Assembly: GCF_009834535.1 (NCBI RefSeq)
Contig: NC_045697.1
Coordinates: forward strand, 47,556,001 to 47,620,000
Reading direction: 5' to 3'
Length of the DNA stretch: 64,000 bases
Source of the DNA: Camelus ferus
Lineage: Eukaryota
Under the pieces are notes generated by a model. It ran no database searches and was not told where the DNA came from. It worked only from the letters and a program-made list of their open reading frames with translations. Positions 49,755 through 62,440 of this stretch are shown in pieces. Both the position numbers and the translations under genes were made by a program. The stretch's first letter is position 1. Each line of letters opens with the position of its first letter.

Positions 49755-51065
49755 CAGTAATTACCTTTTGATCAATTGATGGGTTGGCTGACTGTCAGCA
49801 GTGGTCAATCCTCCTATTTGGAAATTTGCTTTCTGCTTTGTTTCAAAATGTACACAGAGAGCATTTCAGATATATACTCTCTCCCTCAGCCACCTGTTCA
49901 GGAGTCTTCTTTTTAAATTCTTCCAGTCCGCAGGGAGCTCTGGCTTTCTTCACTCAACCTCTTAGCCCAAGAACATTCCCACCCGTCACCGCCGCAGGCT
50001 CACACTAGCCCTCCCTCCTTTTACGTACACGTGCTCCCTAGCAGAGGCTGCTTCTCACTCCAGATACTATCGTCTCGGTGGCAGGCCGGTGTCACCGGCT
50101 CCTTGTCAGTGACAGCAGCCAGTGTCCTCGGGGAGTTAAAGGGTAAATGCCTTGAGGCCTTTGAGTTAGTGCAAACTTGACATCTGCCGACCTTTAGAGC
50201 ATACATCTGGCTTAATTGAGCAGGAAAGTGATGCTGGCAGAAAAAGATTAAAATGCTCAGGGTAATGGCAGCTTGCTTTTCTTTCCTTGTTCTTTTCCAA
50301 ATCCACACAGAAGCCACCTGTGACTTGTCCGTATCGAGTGAGATTTCTCACACCAGCGATGCGGATGGATCCCTGCACAGCTTTCAGCCAGCAGCTGCTG
50401 AGAGCTCTCTCTCTCCTCTAAGACAAGTGTGTTTGTCATGTCCCCAGGATCATCTCATTTGTACTGTTGCCCTGATCAGTAAACAAAATGAGGACTGTAA
50501 CTCAAGGAAGTTTTATGGACTGCAGATTGTTACTGACTTAGTGGACTTAGTTATTTAAAAAAAAAGTCATCACACCCTTTCAATAGGTATGACCATCGCA
50601 AAAAACTCAATTCAAACCTTTCCTTCACCATTTGGTGCCTACCTGTGGACCTGGCGATGTCCACAGGGCAGCCAGCTGATCTAAAGACTGACAGGAAGAC
50701 AAGAAGGAAGGGAAGAGGAGGGCCAGGGAGAGGACAACGAGAAGAAGAGAGGGAAAACGGGCAGAGGTGCACAAGGAGATGTTATGTCACTGCAGCAGTA
50801 CAGCAGTTAAGAGGCAGTTAAGATCTGAAGTCAGAAGAACGAGCATGAGTCCCAGCGCTGCCCCTTACGAGCTATGGGGACTTGGGCAAGTTTCTTAGCC
50901 TCTCTATTTCTTCATCTGAAAAATAAGGATGGTAACAACTACCTCATGAACTTGTCGTGAGGATTAAACACCAAACACTCACACAGCATGTATTCTGTGC
51001 CAGGCACTGTGCTAAATTCCCTGCATACATTAACTCATCCTAGCAACAGCCTTCTGAGTTGGGTG

Positions 51066-51522
51066 TGTGTTAGTTTCCCATTGCTGCTGTAACAAATGAC
51101 CATAAATTCAATGACTTAAAAACAACACAAACTTCTTATACAGCTTAAGAGATTAGAAGTCCTAAAATCAAAGCATTAGCAGGACTACAGTCCTTCCAGA
51201 AGCTCTATGGCTAGATCATTCCCTTGTCTTTTCCCAGCTCCTGCCTGCATGCTCATGGCCCCTTCCTGACACTCTGACCATCACTCTGACCTCTGCTCTG
51301 TCTCAGATCTTCCTTTCTGATTCCAACACTCCTGCCTCCCTCATACAGGGACCCTTGTGATTACAGCAGCCCATTCAGATAACCCAGGATAACCACCCCC
51401 AACTCAAGATCCTTGTCTTAATCACACCTACAAAGTCCCTTTTGCCATCTGAGGCAGCTATTCACAAGTGCTGGTGATTAGGACGTGGACATCTCTGAGG
51501 AACCAGTATTCTGTCTACCACA
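51066..51522 (-). mobile_element. MLT1-type (ERVL-MaLR) solo LTR nested in a MIR
   Basis: tgtgttagtttcccattgctgctgtaacaaatgaccataaa...ggattaggacgtggacatct-like...tattctgtctaccaca; MIR halves on both sides. Confidence 0.85.
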
Positions 51523-52170
51523 GGTACCACAGTTGTTCCCATTTTACAAATGGGAAACTAACATGGGAAGAGATTAAGGAACTTGCCCAAGGTCATGCTT
51601 TCCCTCCCAATACATTCCTGCTTCTCAGTGGGCGAATGTTTAGAAAGCTCTTGGAACAGTGCTGGGCACAGGAAGCACTAAGCTGGGTTAACTCTTACTC
51701 CCACGCAGCGGTGTTAAAGGTAGAACAGACAATAAGTACTTCAGCTTTAAGTCAGTGATACCAACACCAAAGGCAGGTTGGCCCTCAGCTGGCCTGAGTG
51801 GCTTTGTCCCCACGCTACTTGGAAGGCCATGTGGCGTTGATGGGGAGTTTAGGATTTGGAGAAAGGAAGCCTCTCCCTACAGCGGTGGGTCTGGAGTGAG
51901 CAGCCTGAGCCTTGTGGTTTGCACGTGCAGGACGAGGCTAGAGTGAGCAGTTACCCTCACAAGTAGTTGCAGGACTGGGGTGTTAAAAGGGATGCTGTCA
52001 GTTGGGGGAAAAAGAAAACCGTTTCATAAACTACTAAGACGCTGTCAATGTCAGCAGCCTTTGCATATTTGTTGAGTAAAGAAACACTGATTTTTGGTGC
52101 TATGATTTGAATAAAACAAGGGATCCTGGAAGAGGAAAAGATGCTTTGATCTGCAAAGCCCGGCACTCAC

Positions 52171-52314
52171 CACTGCAGGTCCCCTGTTTGTTGTAAAACC
52201 CGTCGCCACAGCTGCTCTGACAGCTGCCCTCCCTCAGCACGTGGAGCGGGTCACTGCAGGCCAGGCAGTGCTTCTCGGTGGGGCCCCAGCAGGCCACACA
52301 GGACTCGTGGCAGG
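52171..52314 (-). CDS. FRAS1: FRAS1 internal coding exon (~exon 15), furin-like Cys-rich repeat
   Basis: Acceptor tgtttgcctgcag|CC, donor G|gtgagt; 144 bp, phase 1-1. Encodes CHESCVACWGPTEKHCLACSDPLHVLREGSCQSSCGDGFYNKQGTCS, matching recalled human FRAS1 CHESCAGCWGPTEKHCLAC. Confidence 0.96.
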
Positions 52315-55300
52315 CTGCAGGCAAACAGCACAATCAGTGAACAACCGATAATAGGAAGGAAAGGCTGTGATTTTTCTTTCAAATGTTTTAGAATTTATAA
52401 GGAGAATGTTGGCTCCTTCAATCCTAAATCACCATGCACATATGTGCACCACAGGAGAAAAAAAAAATCCACCCCAAAAAATCCTATTTCTGTTGGCCAG
52501 AAACACAACTTCAATAAATTATCACTAAGAGAATGAGAACAGGAAATCAGAGGCTTTTGAGCACTGGGAGTCACAGGCAAGGGAATCATAATTTTCTAGA
52601 CATACGTGGTCTGTCTAATGAAATCAGATGGCCCTCCATCACCCTGCGTTTTGTAACCACACAACAAAGTGCCAAGAGGATGACTGCTCTTACCTCCAGT
52701 GCATCAAGAATCAGCTAAGGAGGGGTGCCAGGTACTCCAATCCTTGATTAGACCTTGAGGGACCTGGTACTGCTTGGTTCCCAGGGCTTTTTCCCTCCCT
52801 TTCCATCTCTCCGCACCCTTCTCTCCCCCAACCCCTGCCGTCTTCCTTCTGTCCTCCCTCACAAATCTTACAACTCAGCCTCTGGTCATCCCCCTCCCCA
52901 CCCCCGTAGCATCTGCTCTAAACATATATCTTGAGTACTCACGAAGCTTGACTTTCTCTTATACCTTAGATTTCTAACTATACATTATTTTTAGACAAAA
53001 GTTGTTCCTTTAAGACTTGAAAATGTCCTCCTCTTCCAGCATTTGATTTTTAATTACATTCATGCTTGCTCTTTACCTTAGCAGATCTATAAAGAGAGGA
53101 CTATTCTGAATGAGTAAATATATTGTTTGGTTAACTGTCCGTATGGCTAACCCCACCCATGCCTCTGTTAATGCATCCTGATTTTCAAAATGTTGGCTTC
53201 ACAATGGAGCATCATCTATTTTTCAGAGGTACCCATTCTGACCAAAATTGGCAGGGAGAACGCTTTTGCTGGTTACAGGTGACTTGAGAACTATACCTAA
53301 GTAACTTAATTAGGGATCCCTTTAGAATCAGAAGAAAGGATGCCTGAATTGAAAATCTTAAGATCCAATCCTCTCCTCAATTCCAGACTGCACAAGAAGG
53401 CCTTAATTTCAGAAAACTTTTGTCCCCAACAAATTCAGACATAATTGCAAAGTGTGGTAAGTGATAAGAAGAGTGCTTTGACAGAGAATAACAGTAGTAG
53501 GACAGAAAGGGATTGACTTAAGGCAGTTCTAAAGGACGAGACGTGACCAGCCCTGGGGAGAGCCAGAGAGCAGCACAAACAAAGCTCTTGAGACGGGAAG
53601 GAGCTTGGGAGTTCAAGGAACTGAAGGCTCCCCTTGTGGCTGGACCCAGTGGACATAGTGGGGCACAGTGTTCCTGATTCATGGCTGGAAGGGTAGGCAG
53701 GGACCCTATCAGACTTGACCTTGGAGACCATGGAAAGAAATTAGGATTTTTATCCTACCTGCAATGGGAGTCATGAATGGGCTTTTTAAATAGGATAGAC
53801 AGAAGTCGTGATTTAGATTTTTAAAAGCTCTCTCTGGCTGCCATGTAGAGAGGGGTTATGGACTTACATGCCAGCAGGGAGACCAGTAGGGAGTCAACGG
53901 CTCTGGTCCAGGTAAGAGATGACAATGGCAGATGGAAAGCAGAGGCGGAGGAAAGTTTACTTATTTATCATCTGGTTCCCTCGCTAGACCGTAAGGTTCA
54001 TGAGGGCAGAGTCCATATCTCTTTTGTTAACTCTGTGCTGAGCACACAGCTCAGTGGCCTACAAACTTCACTTACATTTAACACCTTATTTATAAGTGGT
54101 GCCTGAGAACGTTGTGTTGAGATAAGCCACTGACACTACAACGTAACTAAATATGTGGATGCAAAGATCCCGGTGACAAAGTCTACCCTGAATACACATG
54201 AAATCTGTCATTCATTTATTTAGCTACTCTCTAGTGACTGACTAGAGTCACTATCTGAAGTGTCTATCACTGTTAAGTGCCTCTGCCTTACTGACTCGGG
54301 AGCTGATTCAAAGCCGTTACCTAAACAAACAAAAACCCAAGTGCATTTCTAAGAAGGCACGCCAGGCTGGTCTGTATATCAATGTTCAACAGAAGCACGT
54401 ACTACATGCAAGACGCCGGGCTGGCCTGGGAGGCCTTCCCAGCTCGCCACAGGTGAACACAGGGGCACCAGGGAGGAAGTGCCTGAGGGGATGACAGGGA
54501 GGGGGGCAAAAAAGGCAACAGGGGCCAGGTCATGAGGCCAGGGGTAAGGACTTTGGACTTCATCCCATAAAAGTTTTCATCAGGGCAGAGGAATCGATCA
54601 GTTTTGCTTTTGGAGCGCTTACTTTAAAGAGGGTAATTAACTCAAGACATCCTTAAAGGATGAAACCATCTTTATCCAGTGGGCACGGAGATGAGAAATT
54701 AAAGCAAAACCCCCAGTTCTTTAGGGGACTGTCTGAAGGCAGTATAGACACTGCTGCACTGGCTGTGAAAACAGTAACAATACTTCCAACCTGGTTGGTA
54801 AACGGCTGTCATTCTGGCCCCCTCCCTGATACTGTGGCTTCCGCCCTGGGAACCCTGGCAGACACCACGATCCAGCAACCGAAAGGTCTGACACAGGAGA
54901 GGGTCTCGGGTCTCCCTCCTTCCGACTGACCTGATCTGTGCCATACTGCTTGTTAAATAGTTTTAATATTGCTCCTGGTACTGCCAATCAGAATGGGGGT
55001 CAAAGGCTGAGCAGGATAGAAGCCACAGACTTAGGGATGGCACTCAGGTCCGTCACAAACCGAGCCCTACTTAGCATTTCAGCCCTGCCTTGTGCTACCT
55101 CCCTGAAGCAAGCCAGTTTTGTGAAGCAGGGTACCCCAAGCATGCCACGTGCCTGTGCATTGGTTCCAGATGCCCCACACAGGATTGACCGAGTTGGAAA
55201 TCCCTCTGACCCCTTCCATAGCCCCTGTAATCCTGTTTACACCTGAGAGGCCTCCTAAGCCGCTACTTCTTGCAGCTTGGCTGAACTTGTCCAAAGTCAG

Positions 55301-55798
55301 CTACTCCTTCCTCTGTGTTTCTGCAGCTCTTTGTACATGCCTCTCATGTGAGTTATCCTACAGTATTAATTACTCTGTTAATCAATCCCCTTCAATGGAA
55401 TGTAATATCCTCCAAAATAGGGGCCATGTTTTATCATCTTAAACCCCTGGTATCCAGATTGATTTCTGGTACAAAGTCAGAACTTATTAAATGCACATTA
55501 AATGAATGCACAGCAGATCTTTTCATTGGTTATGGGGGGTTCATCCTGCTACCTTCCACATGGAAACAACTAACCATGAGGTCAAAGCCTGAAGAAATGA
55601 TATGAAGATGTTAAGATCTAAATTTTGTCTAATAAATGCTGGAGTCCAGATCTGCTTATGCTGACGAATGCTTGCGCTGCATCTGTGTAATGTACCAAAT
55701 GTGATGCTGGCCCTTTTCTTTTCCATATAGAATAAAAGACGAGACCCACGGCCAGGCAGGACAGCAGAAGGGACTGGTATGTCAACACAGGACTATGC

Positions 55799-55853
55799 TG
55801 AGCTGTCATTTCTTTTCTTGCCCTTTTTTTTTTTTTTTGAGCTGTCATTTCTT
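55799..55853 (-). mobile_element. Minimal poly(A) retro-insertion (23 bp) between 16-bp target-site duplications
   Basis: tgagctgtcatttctt at 55799-55814 and 55838-55853 flanking ttcttgccc plus a T run. Confidence 0.7.
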
Positions 55854-57774
55854 ATAATGACATACTCCCACTGTGTTTTGCAATTGATTTCTAATTTCTC
55901 ACACTGAACATATGCCACTGCAGATAATCTCTTCTTGCAGGCTTATTTTCCATGTGGATTTTATTACATTTGGGTTATTACAAAAAATAAAAGGTCAGTC
56001 CCTGACTTTTCGCCATAATTTCTCTTAGTGATATATTTCAGATCACCCAGGGTTTGAAGTGTATGTTGTGAAAATTGTGGTAATACATTAAAACAGAGGA
56101 CGAATAAGAGAAAGCCTTCTTCTTATCTCACATGTAGTAGATAATTTATTTAGGAGAGCCCCTGACTTTTCTGGAGCATAACAAGACATGTGTTGGCTTG
56201 CTGAGCAATTCATCTCAAAATGAAAAGGAACGAATTACTCTTCTTTTGGCAACCCTATATTGAAACTCTACTCTAAAAATAACAAACTTCTTTTCTGTAC
56301 TTGATAATTTTGAAATAGAAGGTTGCTGTCAAAAATGTTAACCTGTGCTACTCCAAGAATAAAATGCAGCCCTTTTCTAGGGATGTGTTAAAACATTTCC
56401 TGTGAACTACTTCTGATTTCCAGGAAGCCTTCCCAGATCCCAGGCAGGGGGCACAGATTCCCATGGGCTCAGCCTTCAGTGCAAACTGACCCTCGGGAAA
56501 GAGAAGGAGCCTTGGTTCCCCAACTTTCCCATGGTCGTTTGGAATATGTTCACCTGCCATCACCAGGGAATCAGCACCCTTGATCAGCAGACCTTTTCAG
56601 AGTCATCCGTGAGGCTGCAGTTCAGATTTCCTAAATGCCAAGAAGTTTCTACTCGCCATTAAATGAAACAGCCCAAAATCCAGGCACAAGCAAGGACATC
56701 ATACACAAGGCAAATTCCTTCATCCTGTTCCTTATCCATTTTGTGACAACTGATAACTTTCATTCACATCTCACAAATGACTAGGAAGTACTTGCCAAAT
56801 TTTAAAGTATTATCAGGAGACAATGGGTCAATTTCCAGTAAGAAGCTCTTGCTGGATGCAAAAATGTTCTGTCTTAAACTCAACTTCACTGTTGCTTGCT
56901 TTCCTAACCTGTAAAGGGGGAGTAATAATATTTGTTGCACTTCATTCATGGGGATTTGGTGAGATGACATGTTTGAGAAAGCAGAGAATGTTGCCTGTGA
57001 TCACACAAGTGGCACACCCTGCGAGATCCAGCAAATCTTGCTTCAACTGGCATCAAAAGCCAAGTGATTAGAAAGGAAGCAAATTAAAACGTAACGCAAG
57101 GCAGAAGAGGAAAGGACAACAAAGACTCTGGGAAAGGGAGGTCCACTCAGAACGGGAGCGGAGGGAAGTAACGGAGAAGCCCGCAGGAATTATTCCAGCA
57201 GTTACATAAAGGGGCTCCAGCCTCTCCCAGAGCCCCAGACCCTGGAGCTCTTTTCTTGCAATTGCTACAAAACCTCAACAAAAGCCCTTTGGAAAGTGAC
57301 TGAGAATAGCTCTGTGAAGGTCATGGTGAAGCCCAGATGCCGGGCAGACTGTGCTCCGTTCCCCGCGTCAAGGTCTCATCTGAGGCCAAGGCTACTAGTC
57401 TAGGAGGCACAAATGCCAGACAAATCTAAAAGGAGAAGTTCACTGAGTCATCATCCTTTTTGATTCTTTTACTACCAACTGCTTTTGTCCCCTGTCTAGT
57501 TTCTGCCCTCAACCTTCCTCCCTGGGCCAGCAGAAAACTTTACACTCTGAAATTGGAATGTCTGGTCTCCACATGTTCTGAAAACCCCTATGTTCTTAAG
57601 AGACTTCGTAATAGAAAAAATATCAACACATGAAAAGAATCTGCAGCCTCATGAATAACCAGAGATATGCAAATTTCACAGGAGAGCAGCAGCTAGGTGC
57701 AATGGATTGGATGTGCACATAGCAACGGGCATCCATCTCAGAAACAGTGCTTGGTGAGGGAAAAAAAAGTAAAT

Positions 57775-57935
57775 GAACGGTTCATCCATTGTAACAAAGG
57801 TACCACTTGGTGGGGGATGTGGATAATGGGGGAGGCTATGTATGCATGGTGGCAGGGAGTGAATGGGGGATCTCTGTGCTTTCCTTTTATTTTTGCTGTG
57901 AACTTGACAGCTGCTCTAAGAAAGTCTTTAAAGTT
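57775..57935 (+). mobile_element. L1MC-like 3' end fragment within older L1 remnants (~57610-58860)
   Basis: ttcatccattgtaacaaaggtaccact...ggataatgggggaggctatg...ttttgctgtgaact. Confidence 0.7.
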
Positions 57936-60900
57936 AAGAAAAGGAAAAGTATGAGATATCTACCTAGTAATATGTATGAATATTTAAAGTACATACATAC
58001 AAGACTATAAGAACACATACATATTAAAAATCCACATTAAATTGCATTAGAATAGTTATTTAAGTGGGGAGCTGGGGAGAAGGAAAGTGAGAATAGGCTA
58101 CAGGAACAAAAGGAGTGGGCGGACAGGCAGACAGACAGACAGATAAACAAGAGAATGGCCTGGCCCAGGCCACTGATGAAAAAGGGCCATGAACAGATAT
58201 ATATGGTAAATCAACGTCCTTCATATAAATCCCCAAAATAAGTATAAATAAATAGATAATCAAGATTGCTTTTTACATCAATCAAGTTGACAAAGTTAAG
58301 AAGACTCCTAACACCTCATATTGACAAGGGTGGTGGGAGGGAGGCACTCTCGTGTGCTTCCAGTAGGAGTGCAAACTACAACTTCTTTAAAAGAGAATAA
58401 TATATTAGTATGTGCTGAAAACTTAAAAATGTACATATATACACTTGGACCCAGCAATCACCTAAGAATTTACCTTTATCAAACATATTTACCACAATTT
58501 CTATTCAAAATGTTTACATCGTGGTTATGACAATGGAAAAATTAGGAAGCAGCGCCAAACAACAGAGGCTTGGCTAAATGAATTCTTAGATGGCTACAGA
58601 TGGAAAGTTATACAACAGCTTTAAAAGATGTTGTAGACGGATAATAAATAACACAGGGAAAGCAGGCAATAAAACTATACATAGAGTGCGATTTCACTGT
58701 TGAAAAATAAATAAATGCATCTATGTCTGTCTGTGTACACAACACACACACACAGGACATAAATTAGGAAGACATTCATCACAATACTAACAGCCATGAT
58801 TTGGGAGAGCCTGAGTCAGGGATTTTCACTGATTTTTACGTGTCTTGAATTTCACTGAGTTTATTAAATGAATTCATTTGTTACTTATGGGGAAAAATGA
58901 CTAAAGGAGAAAAAAAACCTGTAGTCCTTTTCCCTAAGGCACATGCTGGGTAAAGAGTTAATCTATTAACCACATTCGTGATACAGATGAATGATTTACT
59001 CATCTTGGGTGACGTATCTGAATTTTTAGCATAGTCTTTTGTAGACATAGAGCTTGAACTGAAGGAACGACCTCCCAGCTGACAGAGGCTTTGGCAGGTC
59101 CACATGGGGAGAGATTTACAAGCAGGCTAGCTTTTTGTTGGTACTTAAGTCAGAGGATAAAGGCAGACATTTGGCTCCTCAGGAACACTCTCAGGTTATC
59201 CTTTCGGTCTGCTGACCCATGCCCACTACATTCCTAAATCTACAATACAGCAGCACCCTACCCTGCCCCCCCACCCCCCGGTTTTCAAATACAGTAACCA
59301 CCTAGGCATATAGCTGGATGAGCCAAACAGAACTCTCAGATTCCACTCATCCACTGTGACCACTGGCCACCCTTGGCTGCTAAGACCCCCTGGGTTTTTC
59401 CCCAGCCCCTGTTAATTAAATGGTTATTGATTTTCCCAGTAATCCCTCGAGTCCACTTGTCTATAGAAACTGAAGAGTCAAAGGAGGGACCACCAACCCA
59501 AACCGAGCTGATGGGTGAGTTCTCAGACTTCTTGGCTCACGGGCACAGCCTGCTCAGATCTGGGCAGCGACAGCATGGAGGTGCTGGGCGCTCTGCGGGC
59601 AGCACAAAAAGGGAGCAGGGGTGGAACAGGGAGAGTGCTGGGGTGGGGAATGCAGAAGGGAGAGAAGGAATGTACGCCACACAGTCTGGCTAAAATAACT
59701 GAGAGCCCTAGGAACTGGGCGGGGAGCCAGAAGACTTGTCGTTACTTTGTAATCCAGAGCTGAAATATTTTGGGGTTCAGATTTGTCAGGAAGAATGGGA
59801 TCTGTCTGGAAGATAAACTCCCTGGCAGTTGTGACGGGCTTTCCCTGCTGGTACCTGATCCTTTTGTTCCATCGTCTGTCTTCTGGCAAACACAGCAAGG
59901 GCCTATACGCAGCACAGACAAATGCCAAACACAGCCTGCTACAGCAGAGGTCCCAGGCAAGACACCACCAGCTGCTGCTTCTTTCTTCTCTCCACGTATC
60001 CTTTACAAGAATGTCCAACGAGGGAGGGGATTTGGAATCCCATTGTCACCTGCTTCACTGGGTCTAGTCTACTCAAGAAACATACTTTCTAGGAGGGCCA
60101 TCCAGTTGTCCTCCCTTCTGAATGGCTTAAAGCACTCCACGGAGGCTACCCAAGTTCCAGGGACAGTTGTGGGTTTTTCTGTTTGTTTATTTGCTTTTTG
60201 TTTTTTTGTTTTTAAAGAATCACCTTTTCAGCACTGATAAGGCACTCAATTATCTTAAAGGGGAGGTAAATGAAGATAAGAAAAAGAGGGTGGGGAAAAC
60301 AAGATTCTGTAATTTTCCCGAGGCCACACCTAGCGAGGAATTGCTGACAGGGAGTAGATAACAGAAGCTGAATGGAAGTCTGGTCACAGGTGAGCCAGAG
60401 TCTAGGCATGCCCCTACATTCCTGTGCTTTCTACTCTGTGCGATGGTTTAAATCACACTTTTTTCAATCAAAAATTGTTCCAAGGGCCTTATATGTGCTT
60501 ATCATTGTAGGGAATTCAGGAGTGTAAGACCTGTCCTTGTCTCAATGATCAGTCACGTCCTATAATATACCTTTTAAACTGTCTTTATAGCACTGCAAGT
60601 AATGGGTTCAAATTGTGGTGACCACTGGGAACGATCTTATTTCTTTCTTTATTTACTGACACTCTCCTCCCATTGAGAAAGTAAGTTGCTGAGCCACAGC
60701 GCAGTTTTCTGTCAGTTCACTGCTGTATCCCAGGGCCTGGGATGTGGAAGAGGCTCAGCGAATACTCGTTGCCTGAACAGAATGGAGGAGACAGGAATAT
60801 CACGTGAAGCAGTCAGTCCCCTTCACAAGACACTCAGCAATTAAGTGAGAGACCACAATTGCTGTAGAATACTAGAGGTTTGAATGTGCATGGGATTTAG

Positions 60901-61086
60901 AGAGCGGGACAAAATGAGTGAAGACAGTGTGGTTGGAGGTGCTGGTCCCCAAACTGAGTATGTGAAATTGAGACCATTCTGGGGGATGTTGGAGGGGCCA
61001 TGGAGGATACTAGCTTGACAGTCAGTGACTGTCCCACCAGAACGAGGAGGGCTCCTGTCTTCTTGAGGATTTCAGAACAGCAGTTT

Positions 61087-61713
61087 TGAGACAGGATGGA
61101 AGGGGGCAGGACACAGCCATTCAAGGAATGCTGCAGCAATTAACATCAAAATGGTGAAAGGTTCAACCCCCAGGAGGCCTTGAGGCTCAGGATGATGAGA
61201 GATTTAACTTCTAGTAGATCTTGAGCTTCATTATATGTCTATTGTAATATATTACCATGGTGAATAACACACCCACAGGCACCAAGGCAGTCCCAAGGCT
61301 AGCCACAAAAGGTCAAAGAGTAGGAAATGGCCAACTTTCTGGGAATCCCTTCCCCAGGCTACTTAGACTGGTCCTTCCATTTATTAGCATATGAAGCCAC
61401 CAAGCGCATAAAAACTAGCAACACAGCGCCTCGAGGCCACCCCCCTCTCTCCCTCTTCGGAGACAGTCCACATTCTGTCTATGGAGTGTGTACCTACTTT
61501 TAATCTGAGCACCCAACCCCCACACCTCGTGGCCTTTCTCTTGCCTTTCAATGTATCTCTCTGAATAAATCTACCTTCACTCAGCTGTGGCTCGCTCTTG
61601 AATTCTTTCCTGCGAAAAGCCAAGGACCCACACTCGGCGGGGCATGTCCCAAGGGCTCAACGGAAGCCTGGCACACAGCCCTTCTCACGCCCCACATCCA
61701 TTTTCCCACATTA
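61087..61713 (+). mobile_element. ERV1-class solo LTR, antisense to FRAS1
   Basis: Starts TG(agacagg) and ends ...cacatta (decayed CA). 4-bp TSD gttt at 61083-61086 and 61714-61717. TATA-like cataaaa near 61407, AATAAA at 61564-61569, then ctcgctcttgaattctttcctgcg..aagccaaggacc, typical of ERV1 R/U5. Confidence 0.85.
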
Positions 61714-62219
61714 GTTTCATAAATGCCTTTGCCAAGAGGTTCGTCCTGGGCACGGCTAGGCTGGGCTAAGCGCTTGTGGAATATAACGCCCGCCCATCAA
61801 GCGCTGCTCTGCCTGGGCTCCGAGGGCCCCGTGCTGCACAGCTGCCAAGCGCTGGGCTGCTCCAGTCAAGCGAGATTCCAACAGATGATTCACGCCAGAA
61901 ATTCCCCTGCTCAAACTACAGCTTTTAAGCCTCAGCTAGGTCAGCATTGTGTATGCAAGTTCTACAGGTTTTCTTAGCAAAAGTTTTCTCTGTGAATATA
62001 AGAAACAGGTAATTCCAGATTCATTTAATCAAAGCTTTTAAAGAAAATAAAATAATTTTAACTTGGGATGAATAAATTGCTCTCTGTATTACATTTACTC
62101 CTCCATAATGTATAAAACCTATTATAAATCTGACACAAATGGCACAAAACTCTTTTGTTTCCTAATGCAAGCTATTTGATTTTCATTTGCATAAATTAAA
62201 AAATAAAGGAACAGATTTG

Positions 62220-62440
62220 ATGATGACAATAGCCGCCTTTTGTTGTCCACATACTATGGGTCAGTCATATTTACATTTTCAAACATCTTTTCTAACTTCA
62301 TGTTAATGATTTAAAGTAGATAATATTATCCCCACTTTCCAGTTGATGAAACTGAGGCTCAAAGTGGTTAAATGACCTGCCCAAAGCCATATAAGCAGTA
62401 AGTAATGGAGCTGAGATTCAAAATGAGCCTGTCTTGTACA
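62220..62440 (-). mobile_element. MIR SINE
   Basis: tattatccccactttccagttgatgaaactgaggctcaaagtggttaaatgacctgcccaaagcca...gagctgagattcaaa. Confidence 0.8.

Noticed and set aside
3996..52314. Assignment to PCSK5/PCSK6 or another furin-repeat protein
   Set aside because: Specific peptides (WGPTEKHCLAC, CKKPEEGLQ, EQFLNLVGYCA, AADLxNTGS) and their order match FRAS1.
56184..56203. p63/p53-like full site AGACATGTGT-TGGCTTGCTG (FRAS1 is a reported p63 target)
   Set aside because: Three mismatches to RRRCWWGYYY x2; such matches are expected by chance in 64 kb without ChIP or conservation support.
59554..60237. Overlapping 154-155 aa ORFs on both strands
   Set aside because: No domain similarity, splice context or coding-like composition; consistent with chance ORFs in moderately GC-rich intron.
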